From an uncultured Elusimicrobia bacterium (lineage in GTDB: Bacteria; Elusimicrobiota; Elusimicrobia; 2-01-FULL-59-12): 64,000 nt of DNA. The stretch is taken from NCBI GenBank assembly GCA_963702895.1, contig OY969767.1, positions 800,001 to 864,000 of the forward strand. Reading direction: 5' to 3'. The notes below the pieces were generated by a model. It saw only the letters and a program-made list of their open reading frames with translations, searched no databases and had not been told where the DNA came from. Positions 28,406-40,623 of this stretch are shown here, in pieces (the stretch's first letter is position 1; the number at the start of each line of letters is the position of its first letter). The position numbers and the translations under genes are program-made.

Positions 28406-28762
28406 ATGGTCCTCGATACAGAGCATTCCCAGGAAAGACGTCAACTCAAGCGTGTCACCATCAAACTTCCGGTCACTGTCGAAGGGATCGGGGTCAACAA
28501 GTTCACCTGCGAGACCCTCAACCTCCATGAGCAGGGAATGGCGGTCACGTCCACCACGTTTTTGACCGAGGGCACGAAAGTCCAGGTCGCGATTGCCTTT
28601 CCGCGTTCCCAGATCGTGATCGATGCGATGGTGGCCTGGTCAACAGCGCTCAACATTATGGCGCTCAAACCCACGCGGTGTGCCATTGGATTTAAGTTCT
28701 CCGTCGCCTCATCCAAAGACATCGCCGCGATCAAGCGGTTTGTCCGCAACCACAAAGATTAG
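28406..28762 (+). CDS. PilZ-domain protein
   Basis: ERRQLKR (RxxxR) and NLHEQG (D/NxSxxG-like) motifs; VAWS; GFKF. Confidence 0.75.
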   Translation: MVLDTEHSQERRQLKRVTIKLPVTVEGIGVNKFTCETLNLHEQGMAVTSTTFLTEGTKVQVAIAFPRSQIVIDAMVAWSTALNIMALKPTRCAIGFKFSVASSKDIAAIKRFVRNHKD

Positions 28763-29828
28763 TTCCCTCTTTTCTCTTTTCGCCCTTCTCCCTTCTCTCT
28801 TCGGCACTCCGGCGACGCCTGCGCCCGAGCCGCCCGTGGTCACCGTCTTGTGCTATCACACCTTTGGCTTGTCCCTCGAGACGCCCTATAACGTTTCCAG
28901 CCGTCGTTTCGAGGATCAGATGCGCTACTTGGCCGTGCAAAAAATCCCGGTCATTTCTCTTGCTCAATTCCTGGAACATCAGCAAAACCACACGCCTTTG
29001 CCGGAGCGCTCCGTCCTCATCACCATCGACGATGGCTACAAGACGGCCAAGACGGTCGCCTGGCCGATCCTGAAAAAGTACGGCCACCCCTTTACGCTCT
29101 ATGTCTATCCCCACGCCATCAGCCGATACCCCTCCTCTCTCACCTGGGAGGACCTGCAGGCGATGGCCCAAGAGGGGGTCTCGGTCCAAAGCCATTCCTT
29201 GACACATCCCCTGCTCACCCATCCCGGTCAGCCGATGAGCCGTCCGGCGTACGTCGCTTGGATCGATCGGGAATTAGGCGAATCGAAAGAACTTCTGGAG
29301 TCCCATCTCCATCAGCCGGTGACGTCCCTCGCCTATCCTTACGGTGGTTATGATGAGTTGGTCGTCGAAAGGGCGCAACAGGCCGGCTACCGCACAGCCT
29401 TCACTTGCGTGGATGGCAATATCACAGGTCGTATGGACCCCCTGAAGCTGGCGCGCCGTCTCGTCTTTCGGAAAACGTCTTTGAAAACCTTTGTTCAATA
29501 TTTTCAGCCCAAGCCTATCGAGCTGAGCGACTTGTCGCCTCGGGACGGTGAAAGGACACAGCACATTCCGCAGGAAATCCGCGCCAAAATCCAGAATTTG
29601 CAGGATATCATTCCCGAATCCGCCCAAATCCTCGTAGACAAATTGGGGAAGGATTGGCACGTCGCGCCCATCGATCCTAAAACAGGCGAGATGCGATTTG
29701 TGATGTCTCAGAGCAACCGGACAGGCTACCATTACGTGAGTCTCGTCGCTCGCGACCGCCGCAACCCTTCTTTCCAGCGAGAAGCATCATGGCTTTTTAT
29801 AGTCAAGCAAAACGCATCTAAAAGATAG
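28740..29828 (+). CDS. Secreted polysaccharide deacetylase (NodB/CE4); start uncertain
   Basis: VLCYH, ITIDDGY, SHSLTHP, AYPYG. Confidence 0.85.
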   Translation: MSATTKISSLFSLFALLPSLFGTPATPAPEPPVVTVLCYHTFGLSLETPYNVSSRRFEDQMRYLAVQKIPVISLAQFLEHQQNHTPLPERSVLITIDDGYKTAKTVAWPILKKYGHPFTLYVYPHAISRYPSSLTWEDLQAMAQEGVSVQSHSLTHPLLTHPGQPMSRPAYVAWIDRELGESKELLESHLHQPVTSLAYPYGGYDELVVERAQQAGYRTAFTCVDGNITGRMDPLKLARRLVFRKTSLKTFVQYFQPKPIELSDLSPRDGERTQHIPQEIRAKIQNLQDIIPESAQILVDKLGKDWHVAPIDPKTGEMRFVMSQSNRTGYHYVSLVARDRRNPSFQREASWLFIVKQNASKR

Positions 29829-29837
29829 CAATATTCA

Positions 29838-29862
29838 ATTCTTGATAGATTAAGTCATGTAT
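29838..29862. promoter_or_regulatory. Second IscR-like operator, upstream of the Rrf2 gene
   Basis: ATTCTTGATAGATTAAGTCATGTAT overlapping TTGATA-17-TATCCT; right half GTCATGTAT identical to that of the sufB box. Confidence 0.65.
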
Positions 29863-29882
29863 GGTATCCTATTAGCCATCCG

Positions 29883-30350
29883 ATGATGCAAATTAGCTCA
29901 AAGACGGAGTATGGACTTCGCTGCCTCTTGCGCTTGGCCCGAGAAGCAGAAGGCGAAGCCTTGTCCATCACGGAAATCTCCAAGTCCGAACATGTGCCCA
30001 AGCAATTCGCTCAACAGATTTTGCTTCAACTTCGGCGCGCCGGGATCGTGCGGAGCCTCCGCGGCACCGAAGGGGGGTTCGCCCTGGCGGACCAACCCGC
30101 AAGAATCACCTTGGCTCAGATCGTCCGGGTGCTCGAAGGAGCCCCTTTTCAGGACACCTGCGATCATTTCAATAAGCGTGTGGATTGCGGCCACCAGGGA
30201 AGCTGCAGCATCCGGCCCATCTGGCAGATCATCGCCCGCCGGCTTTGGCAGGCGCTGGATCGTATTTCTCTGGCGCAGCTGGTGGCGGATGAGAAGACGG
30301 TCGGCGAGAAACTGGAAATGGATTTGCCTTTTTTGAGGTTCCAAGTATGA
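29883..30350 (+). CDS. Rrf2-family regulator, IscR-like (three Cys)
   Basis: SSKTEYGLR, SLRGTEGGF, C..C..C in the C-terminal region. Confidence 0.9.
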   Translation: MMQISSKTEYGLRCLLRLAREAEGEALSITEISKSEHVPKQFAQQILLQLRRAGIVRSLRGTEGGFALADQPARITLAQIVRVLEGAPFQDTCDHFNKRVDCGHQGSCSIRPIWQIIARRLWQALDRISLAQLVADEKTVGEKLEMDLPFLRFQV

Positions 30351-30375
30351 GGTCTCACCCTCCCAACGGATACGA

Positions 30376-31194
30376 ATGAAGACGCAGAATCCCTTTAGCC
30401 GAGCCTCGGTCCTGAGGCTCTCGGAGTCCGTCCAGGAACCTGGCTGGATGGTCGATCTGCGTGTTTCGGCTTGGGAAGCTTATGAGTCGTCCGACGTCCA
30501 ACGTCCGACGTCGATCGGCCTCTCCGCTTACGCTGAGCCCCCGAGCGAGTCTGTTCCCAGCCACCAGTGGCCGCGTGACTTGAAAGACGTCATCGAAGAA
30601 CGCGGGGATGAAGAAGGTCTGATTATCCAGCGTGATGCCACCGTTCTGTCGCGCTCGATGACCAAAGAGCAAGCCAAGCGAGGTGTCTTGTTCATGGATT
30701 TGAATACCGCGGTGCGTGAGGTGCCGGAACTGGTCCAGCGCTACTTGGCCCGTCAATTGGGGAGCGAGGACCCCTTTGCGGCACTCAGCACGGCTTTTTG
30801 GAAGGGGGGGACGTTCCTCTTCGTTCCAGCGCATGTTGAGATTGAGCTCCCTTTTCATACCTGCTACTGGATGACGACTCCTCATGCGGCCGTCTTTCCG
30901 CGCACCTTGCTCATTGCCGAGCGCGGAAGCCAGGTCTCCTTCCTGGATGATTTCTTGTCCTTGGACTGGGACCAAGAGGCTCTGGCGATCAGCGCGGTCG
31001 AACTTTATGTCCAAGAAGTGGCCCGCGTGAACTACCGGCAACTTCATCATTGGGGGCGGGGCGTCCGGCACGAGAACCGGCAGGTGTCGAGCGTCGCACC
31101 CTCGGGGATGCTGGACGCACGCCACACGAAGGAGCCGCGCCCCGCGATGTCGCTGGAGCGGGCCGCTCTGCTCTACCCCGAGGTGCGCGCATGA
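30376..31194 (+). CDS. SufB/SufD-family protein, N-terminal half only
   Basis: EPGWMVDLRVSAW, GVLFMDL..AVRE.PEL, FAALSTAFW.GGTF, FPRTLLIAE; lacks the C-terminal LFYL.SRG region. Confidence 0.7.
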   Translation: MKTQNPFSRASVLRLSESVQEPGWMVDLRVSAWEAYESSDVQRPTSIGLSAYAEPPSESVPSHQWPRDLKDVIEERGDEEGLIIQRDATVLSRSMTKEQAKRGVLFMDLNTAVREVPELVQRYLARQLGSEDPFAALSTAFWKGGTFLFVPAHVEIELPFHTCYWMTTPHAAVFPRTLLIAERGSQVSFLDDFLSLDWDQEALAISAVELYVQEVARVNYRQLHHWGRGVRHENRQVSSVAPSGMLDARHTKEPRPAMSLERAALLYPEVRA

Positions 31195-32429
31195 TCGATC
31201 CCGCGAAGATCCGCCAAGATTTCCCGATCCTCTCGCGAAAAGTGCACGGGAAGCGCCTCGTGTATCTGGATAACGCTGCGACGACGCAGAAGCCGCTCGC
31301 CGTGATCGAAGCGGAAGCCCGTTATTACACGGAATCGAACGCCAACATTCATCGTGGCCTTCACACTTTAAGTGAAGAAGCCACAGCCCAATACGAAGGG
31401 GTACGCCGGAAGATCGCGGCCTGGATTGGCGCGCCCGCGACCGAAAGCATTGTCTTCACGCGCGGCACCACCGAAAGCATCAACCTCGTGGCCCAGAGCT
31501 GGGGGGGAAAATTTCTGAAGGCAGGCGATGAGATCTTGCTGTCAACCGTTGAACATCACTCCAATCTCATTCCCTGGCAGAGGGTGGCACAGGCGACCGG
31601 AGCGAGGCTCCACTTTCTGCCCCTGAGGGCCGATGGGCTCCTCGATTTAGCTTCCGTCGACAAGGCCCTTTCAGGCCGGACGAAGCTCCTCGCCATCACG
31701 GCCATGTCGAATGCTCTAGGGAGTATATTCCCTGTCCAGGAGATCACCCGCAAGGCGCACGCCGCGGGGGCCAAGGTCCTCATCGACGGGGCACAGTCGG
31801 TGCCGCATCTCGAGACACGGGTGGTCGAGCTGGGATGCGATTTTCTCGCCTTTTCCGCGCACAAGATGCTTGGCCCCACCGGGGTGGGCGTGCTTTACGG
31901 GCGTCCTGAACTTCTGGATGCCATGGATCCTTATCAGGGTGGTGGGGACATGATCCTGGAAGTGTGGCGTGAGCGAGCCAGCTGGAATGAGCTTCCTTGG
32001 AAGTTTGAGGCGGGCACTCCCAACATTGCGGGCGTCATCGCTTTTGGCGCGGCGCTCGACTATCTGGGCAGGATCGGGATGTCCGATGTTCGCAAGCACG
32101 AACAGGAGCTTACCGCCTACGCGCTCAAGGCGCTGACCAGCGATCCCCACATCCAACTCTATGGGCCGCCGGGGGCCCATCAGCGAGGAGGGGTGATCTC
32201 CTTCAACTACGGCACCATTCACCCCCACGACATCGGCACCCTTCTTGATCAGGATGGGGTGGCCATCCGGGCAGGACATCACTGCTGCCAGCCCCTCATG
32301 CGAGATTTGGGCATCAGCGGGACCGCTCGAGCCAGTTTCTATATTTATAACAGCCAAGAAGACGTCGACGCTCTGGTGGCCTCCTTGCGCAAGGCGGCGG
32401 CTCTGTTTTCGGGTGTCTCATCCTCGTGA
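31191..32429 (+). CDS. sufS: Cysteine desulfurase SufS
   Basis: YLDNAATTQKP, SAHKMLGPTG, RAGHHC; ATGA overlap with the upstream gene. Confidence 0.96.
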   Translation: MIDPAKIRQDFPILSRKVHGKRLVYLDNAATTQKPLAVIEAEARYYTESNANIHRGLHTLSEEATAQYEGVRRKIAAWIGAPATESIVFTRGTTESINLVAQSWGGKFLKAGDEILLSTVEHHSNLIPWQRVAQATGARLHFLPLRADGLLDLASVDKALSGRTKLLAITAMSNALGSIFPVQEITRKAHAAGAKVLIDGAQSVPHLETRVVELGCDFLAFSAHKMLGPTGVGVLYGRPELLDAMDPYQGGGDMILEVWRERASWNELPWKFEAGTPNIAGVIAFGAALDYLGRIGMSDVRKHEQELTAYALKALTSDPHIQLYGPPGAHQRGGVISFNYGTIHPHDIGTLLDQDGVAIRAGHHCCQPLMRDLGISGTARASFYIYNSQEDVDALVASLRKAAALFSGVSSS

Positions 32430-32526
32430 CATTTCACAGCTGGATCGTGTACAATTCGACCACAAAGGCGCCCTCCTGCGAGTCCAGGTTTTCCGGCGGT
32501 CTTAATACCATAAGGAGCACAAGAGA

Positions 32527-34314
32527 ATGAAAAGAAAGACAGTTTCGGTTTGGGTTGGCGGTGCGGCAGGAGACGGCATTGCGTCCGTGGGCGAGTCGCT
32601 CGCCAAAATTTTCGCCCGCAACGGGCTCCATGTCTACGCCTACAACAGCTATCAATCCGTCATTCGCGGCGGGCATGTTTGGTGGCAGATGCGCGCGGGG
32701 TCCGAGAAAGTCTATACCCAGCCGGAAAATTGTCATCTGTTGATCGCCTTAAACCAGGACACCATCGACCAGCATGCCTTAGGCGTCGAAAAGGGAGGGG
32801 GCATCCTCTTTAATGCGGACAAACTTCAGGTCCGCCCGGAACACCTGGTGAACGGCATCCAAAGCATGGGCCTGCCGATGAGCAAGCTCGCGAAGCTCCC
32901 GATCATGCAAAACACCGTGGCGACCGGCGCCTTTATGTACCTCACGGGACTGCCCGTGGAGTCCCTGGAGAAAGCTCTTCAGGAGCGCTTCGGCAAAAAG
33001 AAGCCTGAAGTGGTCCAGCCGAACATCGATGCGGCCCGGGCCGGTTACGACTTCGCGAAGCAAAATTGGACGAATCTGGGCCTCGGTCTTGAACTGTCCA
33101 AAACGCAACGCTTGGTGATGACGGGCAACCAGGGTTTTGCGGTCGGAGCGCTGGCTGCCAATTGCAAATTCTTCTCCGCCTATCCCATGACCCCGGCCTC
33201 TTCCATCATGCACTTCCTTGCGCCCAACGGGCCCAAGCATGGCATGGTGATGAAGCAGTGCGAGGACGAAATCGCTTCCATGAACATGGCGGTGGGGGCT
33301 GGCCAGATGGGCGTTCGGACCATGACGGCCACCTCGGGTGGCGGGTTCGCCCTGATGACCGAAGCGGTGGGGCTTGCCGGGATGCTGGAAACCCCGGTGG
33401 TCGTCGTGAATGTTCAGCGTGGTGGCCCTTCCACGGGGCTCCCGACCAAAACGGAACAGGCAGACCTCTTCCAGATTTACGGGGCCGGTCAAGGTGATTT
33501 TCCGCGCGTGATCCTGGCGCCGCAGACCATTGAGGATGCCTACTACACGACGGTGGAGTCCTTTAACCTGGCGGAGCGCTATCAGTGCCCGGTCCTTCTT
33601 CTGTCCGACTTGATGCTCTCGGAGCACACCGAGACCGTGGACGGGCTCGATCTTCACGTGCGTGTCGATCGCGGCGATGTTCTGATGGAATGGAAAGGCG
33701 ATAAGCCCTACCTCCGGTATCAAGACACCCCGACCGGCATCTCGCCGCGCATCTATCCCGGAACGCCCCATGCGACCTACGTGTCGCCGTCGGATGAGCA
33801 CAACGAGCGCGGGGAAGTGATCTCGGACGTTTTCACGGATCCCGCCATGCGCAAGAAGATGATGGAAAAGCGCATGCGCAAAATGGAGTACGCGAAAAAA
33901 GAGCTCTCCAAGCTCTTCCCGGTGAAGCTCGAAGGCCCGGCCCATGCCGATGTGACCCTGGTGGGCTGGGGTTCGACCTATAACCTGCTCAAGGCCCTTC
34001 AGCGGCGCCTCGAGGAAGAGGGCACCACCGCCAACATCCTCATGATCAAGGTCATCGCGCCGTTTCTCTCTGAGGACGTGTTCGCGGTCCTGAGCAAAGC
34101 CAAGCGGCCCATCATCATCGAAAACAATTTCACGTCCCAGATGGCCCGTCTCATCCGTATGGAGACCGGTTTCACCATCAAAGACCGGATCTTAAAATAT
34201 GACGGCGAGCCGTTTCCGGCCGGTCTGGCGTACCGTGAGATCAAGAACATTCTTTCCAGGAAGAACAGCGCTGCCGAAGCGGGAGATGTGGTCCGTGTCG
34301 GCGCCGCTGTCTAG
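32527..34314 (+). CDS. 2-oxoacid:ferredoxin oxidoreductase alpha subunit (gamma-fused), copy 1
   Basis: GGAAGDG, YPMTPAS, EDEI, QRGGPSTGLPT. Confidence 0.93.
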   Translation: MKRKTVSVWVGGAAGDGIASVGESLAKIFARNGLHVYAYNSYQSVIRGGHVWWQMRAGSEKVYTQPENCHLLIALNQDTIDQHALGVEKGGGILFNADKLQVRPEHLVNGIQSMGLPMSKLAKLPIMQNTVATGAFMYLTGLPVESLEKALQERFGKKKPEVVQPNIDAARAGYDFAKQNWTNLGLGLELSKTQRLVMTGNQGFAVGALAANCKFFSAYPMTPASSIMHFLAPNGPKHGMVMKQCEDEIASMNMAVGAGQMGVRTMTATSGGGFALMTEAVGLAGMLETPVVVVNVQRGGPSTGLPTKTEQADLFQIYGAGQGDFPRVILAPQTIEDAYYTTVESFNLAERYQCPVLLLSDLMLSEHTETVDGLDLHVRVDRGDVLMEWKGDKPYLRYQDTPTGISPRIYPGTPHATYVSPSDEHNERGEVISDVFTDPAMRKKMMEKRMRKMEYAKKELSKLFPVKLEGPAHADVTLVGWGSTYNLLKALQRRLEEEGTTANILMIKVIAPFLSEDVFAVLSKAKRPIIIENNFTSQMARLIRMETGFTIKDRILKYDGEPFPAGLAYREIKNILSRKNSAAEAGDVVRVGAAV

Positions 34315-34328
34315 AAGGAGATCCCCCC

Positions 34329-35183
34329 ATGGCTGATGTCGCGGTTTTTAAATCGGAAGTAAAACCAGACTGGTGTCCCGGATGCGGAGATTTCGGTGTC
34401 CTGAACGCTCTTCAGAAAGCCTGTGCCGATCTCAACCTTAATCCCCACGAGGTGATGGTGGTCTCGGGTATCGGATGTTCTTCCAACCTGCCGGGCTTCT
34501 TTAATTCCTACGGCCTGCATACGCTGCACGGCCGCTCGGTTGCGGTCGCCCAAGGGGCCAAATTCGGCAACCACGCCATGACGGTCATTGCCGCTGGCGG
34601 TGATGGGGATGGCTACGGGATCGGGGTGGGGCATTTTATTCACGCGATTCGCCGCAACATGGACATGACCTATATCGTCATGGATAACCAGATCTACGGT
34701 CTTACGACGGGACAGACGTCTCCCACGACCGAGCGCATGACGAAGACCAAATCAACGCCCACGGGCAGCCTGGAGAACGCGCTCAATCCGCTTGCTCTTT
34801 CCCTTGCCGGTGGAGCCTCCTTTGTCGCGCGGGGTTTCTCCGGTGAGCCTATGCATCTGGCGGAGATCATGAAGAAGGCCATCCAGCACAAGGGTTTTTC
34901 GCATATCGATGTGTTCAGCCCCTGCGTGACCTACAACAAGACCAACACCTATCCCTTCTTTAAGCAGCGCGTCTATAAGCTCGAGGACGAAAAACATAAC
35001 ACGCTGGATTTTGAGGCGGCAATGAAAAAGGCCTACGAATGGGGCGACCGGATTCCCATCGGCGTGTTTTACGCAAAGGAGCGACCCGTTTATGAGGACG
35101 GCGAGACGGCCATGATGGCCGGCCCGCTCGCCAAGCAACCCTTTAGACAGCTCGATCGTTCCATTCTTAATGAGTTCGTCTGA
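34329..35183 (+). CDS. 2-oxoacid:ferredoxin oxidoreductase beta subunit, copy 1
   Basis: WCPGCGD, SGIGCS, GGDGD, YGLTTGQ. Confidence 0.93.
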   Translation: MADVAVFKSEVKPDWCPGCGDFGVLNALQKACADLNLNPHEVMVVSGIGCSSNLPGFFNSYGLHTLHGRSVAVAQGAKFGNHAMTVIAAGGDGDGYGIGVGHFIHAIRRNMDMTYIVMDNQIYGLTTGQTSPTTERMTKTKSTPTGSLENALNPLALSLAGGASFVARGFSGEPMHLAEIMKKAIQHKGFSHIDVFSPCVTYNKTNTYPFFKQRVYKLEDEKHNTLDFEAAMKKAYEWGDRIPIGVFYAKERPVYEDGETAMMAGPLAKQPFRQLDRSILNEFV

Positions 35184-35199
35184 GTCGTAAGGAGGCTCT

Positions 35200-35520
35200 A
35201 TGATCACGGTGACCCCGGGCGCCGTTTCAGAAGTGAAGCGGCTTCTTTCCAAGGAAAATAAACCAGAAATCGGCTTACGCGTTGGCATACGCGCCGGTGG
35301 TTGTTCGGGCTTCTCCTATGTGCTTGGCTTTGATTCAGCGCAGGCCGAAGACAACATCCAGGAGATCGAGGGGATCAAAGTCCTGATCGATTCCAAGAGC
35401 GTGCCCTATTTGAACGGTACGGAGCTGGACTATCAAGACGGTCTCCAAGGCAAGGGTTTCACGTTCCATAACCCCAACGCCACCAAGAGCTGTGGCTGCG
35501 GCGAGTCTTTTTCAGTCTAG
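35200..35520 (+). CDS. iscA: IscA/HesB A-type Fe-S carrier
   Basis: GGCSGFSY, CGCGESF. Confidence 0.93.
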   Translation: MITVTPGAVSEVKRLLSKENKPEIGLRVGIRAGGCSGFSYVLGFDSAQAEDNIQEIEGIKVLIDSKSVPYLNGTELDYQDGLQGKGFTFHNPNATKSCGCGESFSV

Positions 35521-35525
35521 CCGGC

Positions 35526-35780
35526 ATGGAGATTGTTGACCCGCGTGAGCTTCTCTCGGGCGGGATGTTCCGGGAAAACCCCTTCCGCGAAGCGATCCAG
35601 GCCTACGATTGGCAGAAGCTGAAGGGCAAACACGTTCTGATTCAGGGGTGTCCTAGTCCGCTTCCCATTTGGGCCTATCTGATGATTATGTCGGAGCTTC
35701 TTCCTTATGCGAAGTCGATCAGCTACGGCGAATTAAAATCCCCTCTTACGGTCTTGGGGAGTTTGGGGGATGCTTCATAA
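35526..35780 (+). CDS. Small protein, DUF2480-like
   Basis: RE..FRE....DW....GK.V.I.GC...P.WAY.M pattern; operonic position. Confidence 0.55.
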   Translation: MEIVDPRELLSGGMFRENPFREAIQAYDWQKLKGKHVLIQGCPSPLPIWAYLMIMSELLPYAKSISYGELKSPLTVLGSLGDAS

Positions 35781-35784
35781 TTTT

Positions 35785-36870
35785 ATGGTTCAAAACGACG
35801 CCATTTTAGAGGCCCTTGGGAAAGTTCAGGAACCTGAACTGCACAAGGACCTCGTGACGCTCAACATGATCCGGGACCTGGAGGTCGAGGGAGGGGCGGT
35901 TCGGTTTACCCTCATGTTGACCACGCCCGCTTGTCCTTTGAAAGACAAGATGAAGCAAGAAGCTGAAGAAGCGGTCCGGCGTGTGCCAGGCGTACGGTCC
36001 GTTGAGATTCAGCTTTCCGCAGAAGTGAAGACGAACTCCCGGCTGAGCGAAAACGCGAAACTTCCCTCCGGCCTTAAAAATATTCTTGCGGTGGCGAGCG
36101 GCAAAGGGGGGGTGGGGAAAAGCACGGCATCCGTCAATCTTGCCGTCTGCCTCCAGAAGAGCGGTGCGAAGGTCGGGCTTCTCGATGCCGACATCTATGG
36201 GCCGAACATCCCCATGATGATGGGGCTCCCCGAAGAGCGTCCCGCCGTGAATGACCAGGGAGAGCTGATCCCCTTTGAGAAGTACGGTGTGAAGGTGATC
36301 TCCCTTGGATTTCTCGTCGACCCCGGCAAGCCCGTCATCTGGCGGGGACCCATGCTCCATGGGGTTATTCGACAGTTTTTAACCAGCGTCGCCTGGGGAG
36401 AGCTCGATTACCTGGTGGTGGATCTTCCGCCGGGAACGGGAGACGCCCAGCTGAGTTTGGTGCAGACCGTGCCCTTGTCGGGCGCGGTCATCGTCACAAC
36501 ACCTCAGGCGGTCGCGCTCTCGGATGTGCGCCGGTCGATCGGGATGTTTCGCGAGGTGCGTGTTCCGGTGCTCGGAATTATCGAAAACATGGCAGGACTC
36601 GATTGTCCGCATTGTCACCAACACATCGACCTCTTTAGCGGTCAGGGCGGCCAAACGTTGAGTGAAGAATACGAGGTCCCGCTTTTGGGCCAGGTGCCCT
36701 TTGATCCGGCCATCGGTCAGAGTGGAGACCAGGGCGTGCCCGTAACGCTCGCCAAGCCAGAGTCCGCCCAGGCAAAAGCATTCCAGAGCGCCGCCGCCTG
36801 GGTGGCGGCGCGCGTCAGCGTTTTGAACGCCGAAACCGAGAACACCAAGCCTCTAATTTCTGTCAGTTAG
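35785..36870 (+). CDS. apbC: Mrp/ApbC Fe-S carrier ATPase with DUF59 N-terminus
   Basis: LTTPACP, SGKGGVGKST, DADIYGP, DLPPGTGD, CPHC. Confidence 0.93.
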   Translation: MVQNDAILEALGKVQEPELHKDLVTLNMIRDLEVEGGAVRFTLMLTTPACPLKDKMKQEAEEAVRRVPGVRSVEIQLSAEVKTNSRLSENAKLPSGLKNILAVASGKGGVGKSTASVNLAVCLQKSGAKVGLLDADIYGPNIPMMMGLPEERPAVNDQGELIPFEKYGVKVISLGFLVDPGKPVIWRGPMLHGVIRQFLTSVAWGELDYLVVDLPPGTGDAQLSLVQTVPLSGAVIVTTPQAVALSDVRRSIGMFREVRVPVLGIIENMAGLDCPHCHQHIDLFSGQGGQTLSEEYEVPLLGQVPFDPAIGQSGDQGVPVTLAKPESAQAKAFQSAAAWVAARVSVLNAETENTKPLISVS

Positions 36871-39152
<2,282 letters not shown>

Positions 39153-39155
39153 ACC

Positions 39156-40601
39156 ATGCTCACGATTACGCTCGTCGATGCCAAGAAATGGAAAGGGAAG
39201 GGCGAGACGCTGGCACGCTTTGTTTATGAAGAGGAGGCGCCCGCCCTCGCGAAGGAAGACGGATTCAAAGCTCAGGAGCTGGAAACGTTTCTTTATCGTC
39301 CGAAAGACGCGAGGCCCGCGCAACGGGTCCTTCTGATTGGTCTAGGCAAGAAAAAGGAATTTTCCAATGAGGTGTTGCGGCGGGCCGCCTCCAAAGTGCT
39401 GCGTGTGGCCGAGTCCTTGGACCTCAAGAAACTTCATGTCTCGGCGCTCGAACAAGCCTCCTGGGGGCCGGCTCAGGCGCAGGAATTTCAGGCTTTTTGC
39501 GAGGGCCTTTATCTGGCGGCCTATCGATACGACAAGCACAAGACGCCCTCCGCGGACAAGCCAAAGCCTGTGGAAGAGGTGGTCGTGACATTGGAGCAGC
39601 AGGGTGTGGCGGCCAAAATGGCCCTGCGCAGGGCCAAGCTCTACAGCCAGGCGACGATGCTGGCGCGCGATTTGATCAATGAGCCGCCCAGCCGTATGAA
39701 CCCGGAGCGGCTGGCCCAAGAGGCCAAAAAAATCCAGACGGCCGCCCTTACGGTAAAAGTTTACGAGACCCAAGATCTCCAGAGACTCGGGATGGGTGCC
39801 ATCCTGGGCGTTGGCGCCGGCGGCGCGGTGCCCCCGCGCTTTGTGGAAATCATTTATAAGCCTTCCGGGAAGGCGAAGAAAGTGCTTGCGCTGGTGGGCA
39901 AGGGGATCACGTTTGATTCGGGCGGGCTCTCTCTCAAACCGGCCCAGTCGATGGAAACCATGAAGGACGATATGTCCGGCGCGGCCGCGGTGCTGGCTGT
40001 GATGAGCGTTCTGCCGGAGCTTGCACCATCCCTCGAAGTGCGGGGGTATCTGGCGATCGCCGAGAATATGCCCGGCGGACGCGCCCAAAAACCCGGAGAC
40101 GTTCTCAAAGCCTACAACGGCAAGACGATCGAGGTCCTGAACACAGACGCGGAAGGCCGGCTCGTGCTTGCGGATGCTCTTGCCTACGCTTGTTCGAAGA
40201 AACCGGACGTTGTGATGGATATCGCGACCCTCACGGGGGCTTGTGTGGTCGCACTCGGTCACCGGATCTCCGCCGTCATGACCAATACGCCCAAACTTTT
40301 TTCGGAGCTTAAGGCGGCGGGTGAAGCGGCAGGTGAGAAGTTCTGGGAACTTCCGCTCGACAAGGATTATCAGGCGGACGTAAAGAGTAAATTGGCAGAT
40401 GTCCAAAATATTGGCAAGCGGCGCGGGGAGGCCGGCACCATCATCGGTGGACTCTTTCTGCAGGAGTTTGTGGATGGCCGACCTTGGGTCCATATCGATA
40501 TCGCAGGGCCTTCTTGGACCGATGCGGACCAGCCCTATTGCCCCACGGGGGGAACAGGGCATCCTGTGAGAACGTTGCTACACTATATTGAAAGTCTGTG
40601 A
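39156..40601 (+). CDS. pepA: Leucyl aminopeptidase (M17)
   Basis: GKGITFDSGG, MKDDMSG, NTDAEGRL. Confidence 0.95.
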   Translation: MLTITLVDAKKWKGKGETLARFVYEEEAPALAKEDGFKAQELETFLYRPKDARPAQRVLLIGLGKKKEFSNEVLRRAASKVLRVAESLDLKKLHVSALEQASWGPAQAQEFQAFCEGLYLAAYRYDKHKTPSADKPKPVEEVVVTLEQQGVAAKMALRRAKLYSQATMLARDLINEPPSRMNPERLAQEAKKIQTAALTVKVYETQDLQRLGMGAILGVGAGGAVPPRFVEIIYKPSGKAKKVLALVGKGITFDSGGLSLKPAQSMETMKDDMSGAAAVLAVMSVLPELAPSLEVRGYLAIAENMPGGRAQKPGDVLKAYNGKTIEVLNTDAEGRLVLADALAYACSKKPDVVMDIATLTGACVVALGHRISAVMTNTPKLFSELKAAGEAAGEKFWELPLDKDYQADVKSKLADVQNIGKRRGEAGTIIGGLFLQEFVDGRPWVHIDIAGPSWTDADQPYCPTGGTGHPVRTLLHYIESL

Positions 40602-40623
40602 AGAAAGAGAAAGGAACCCTACC

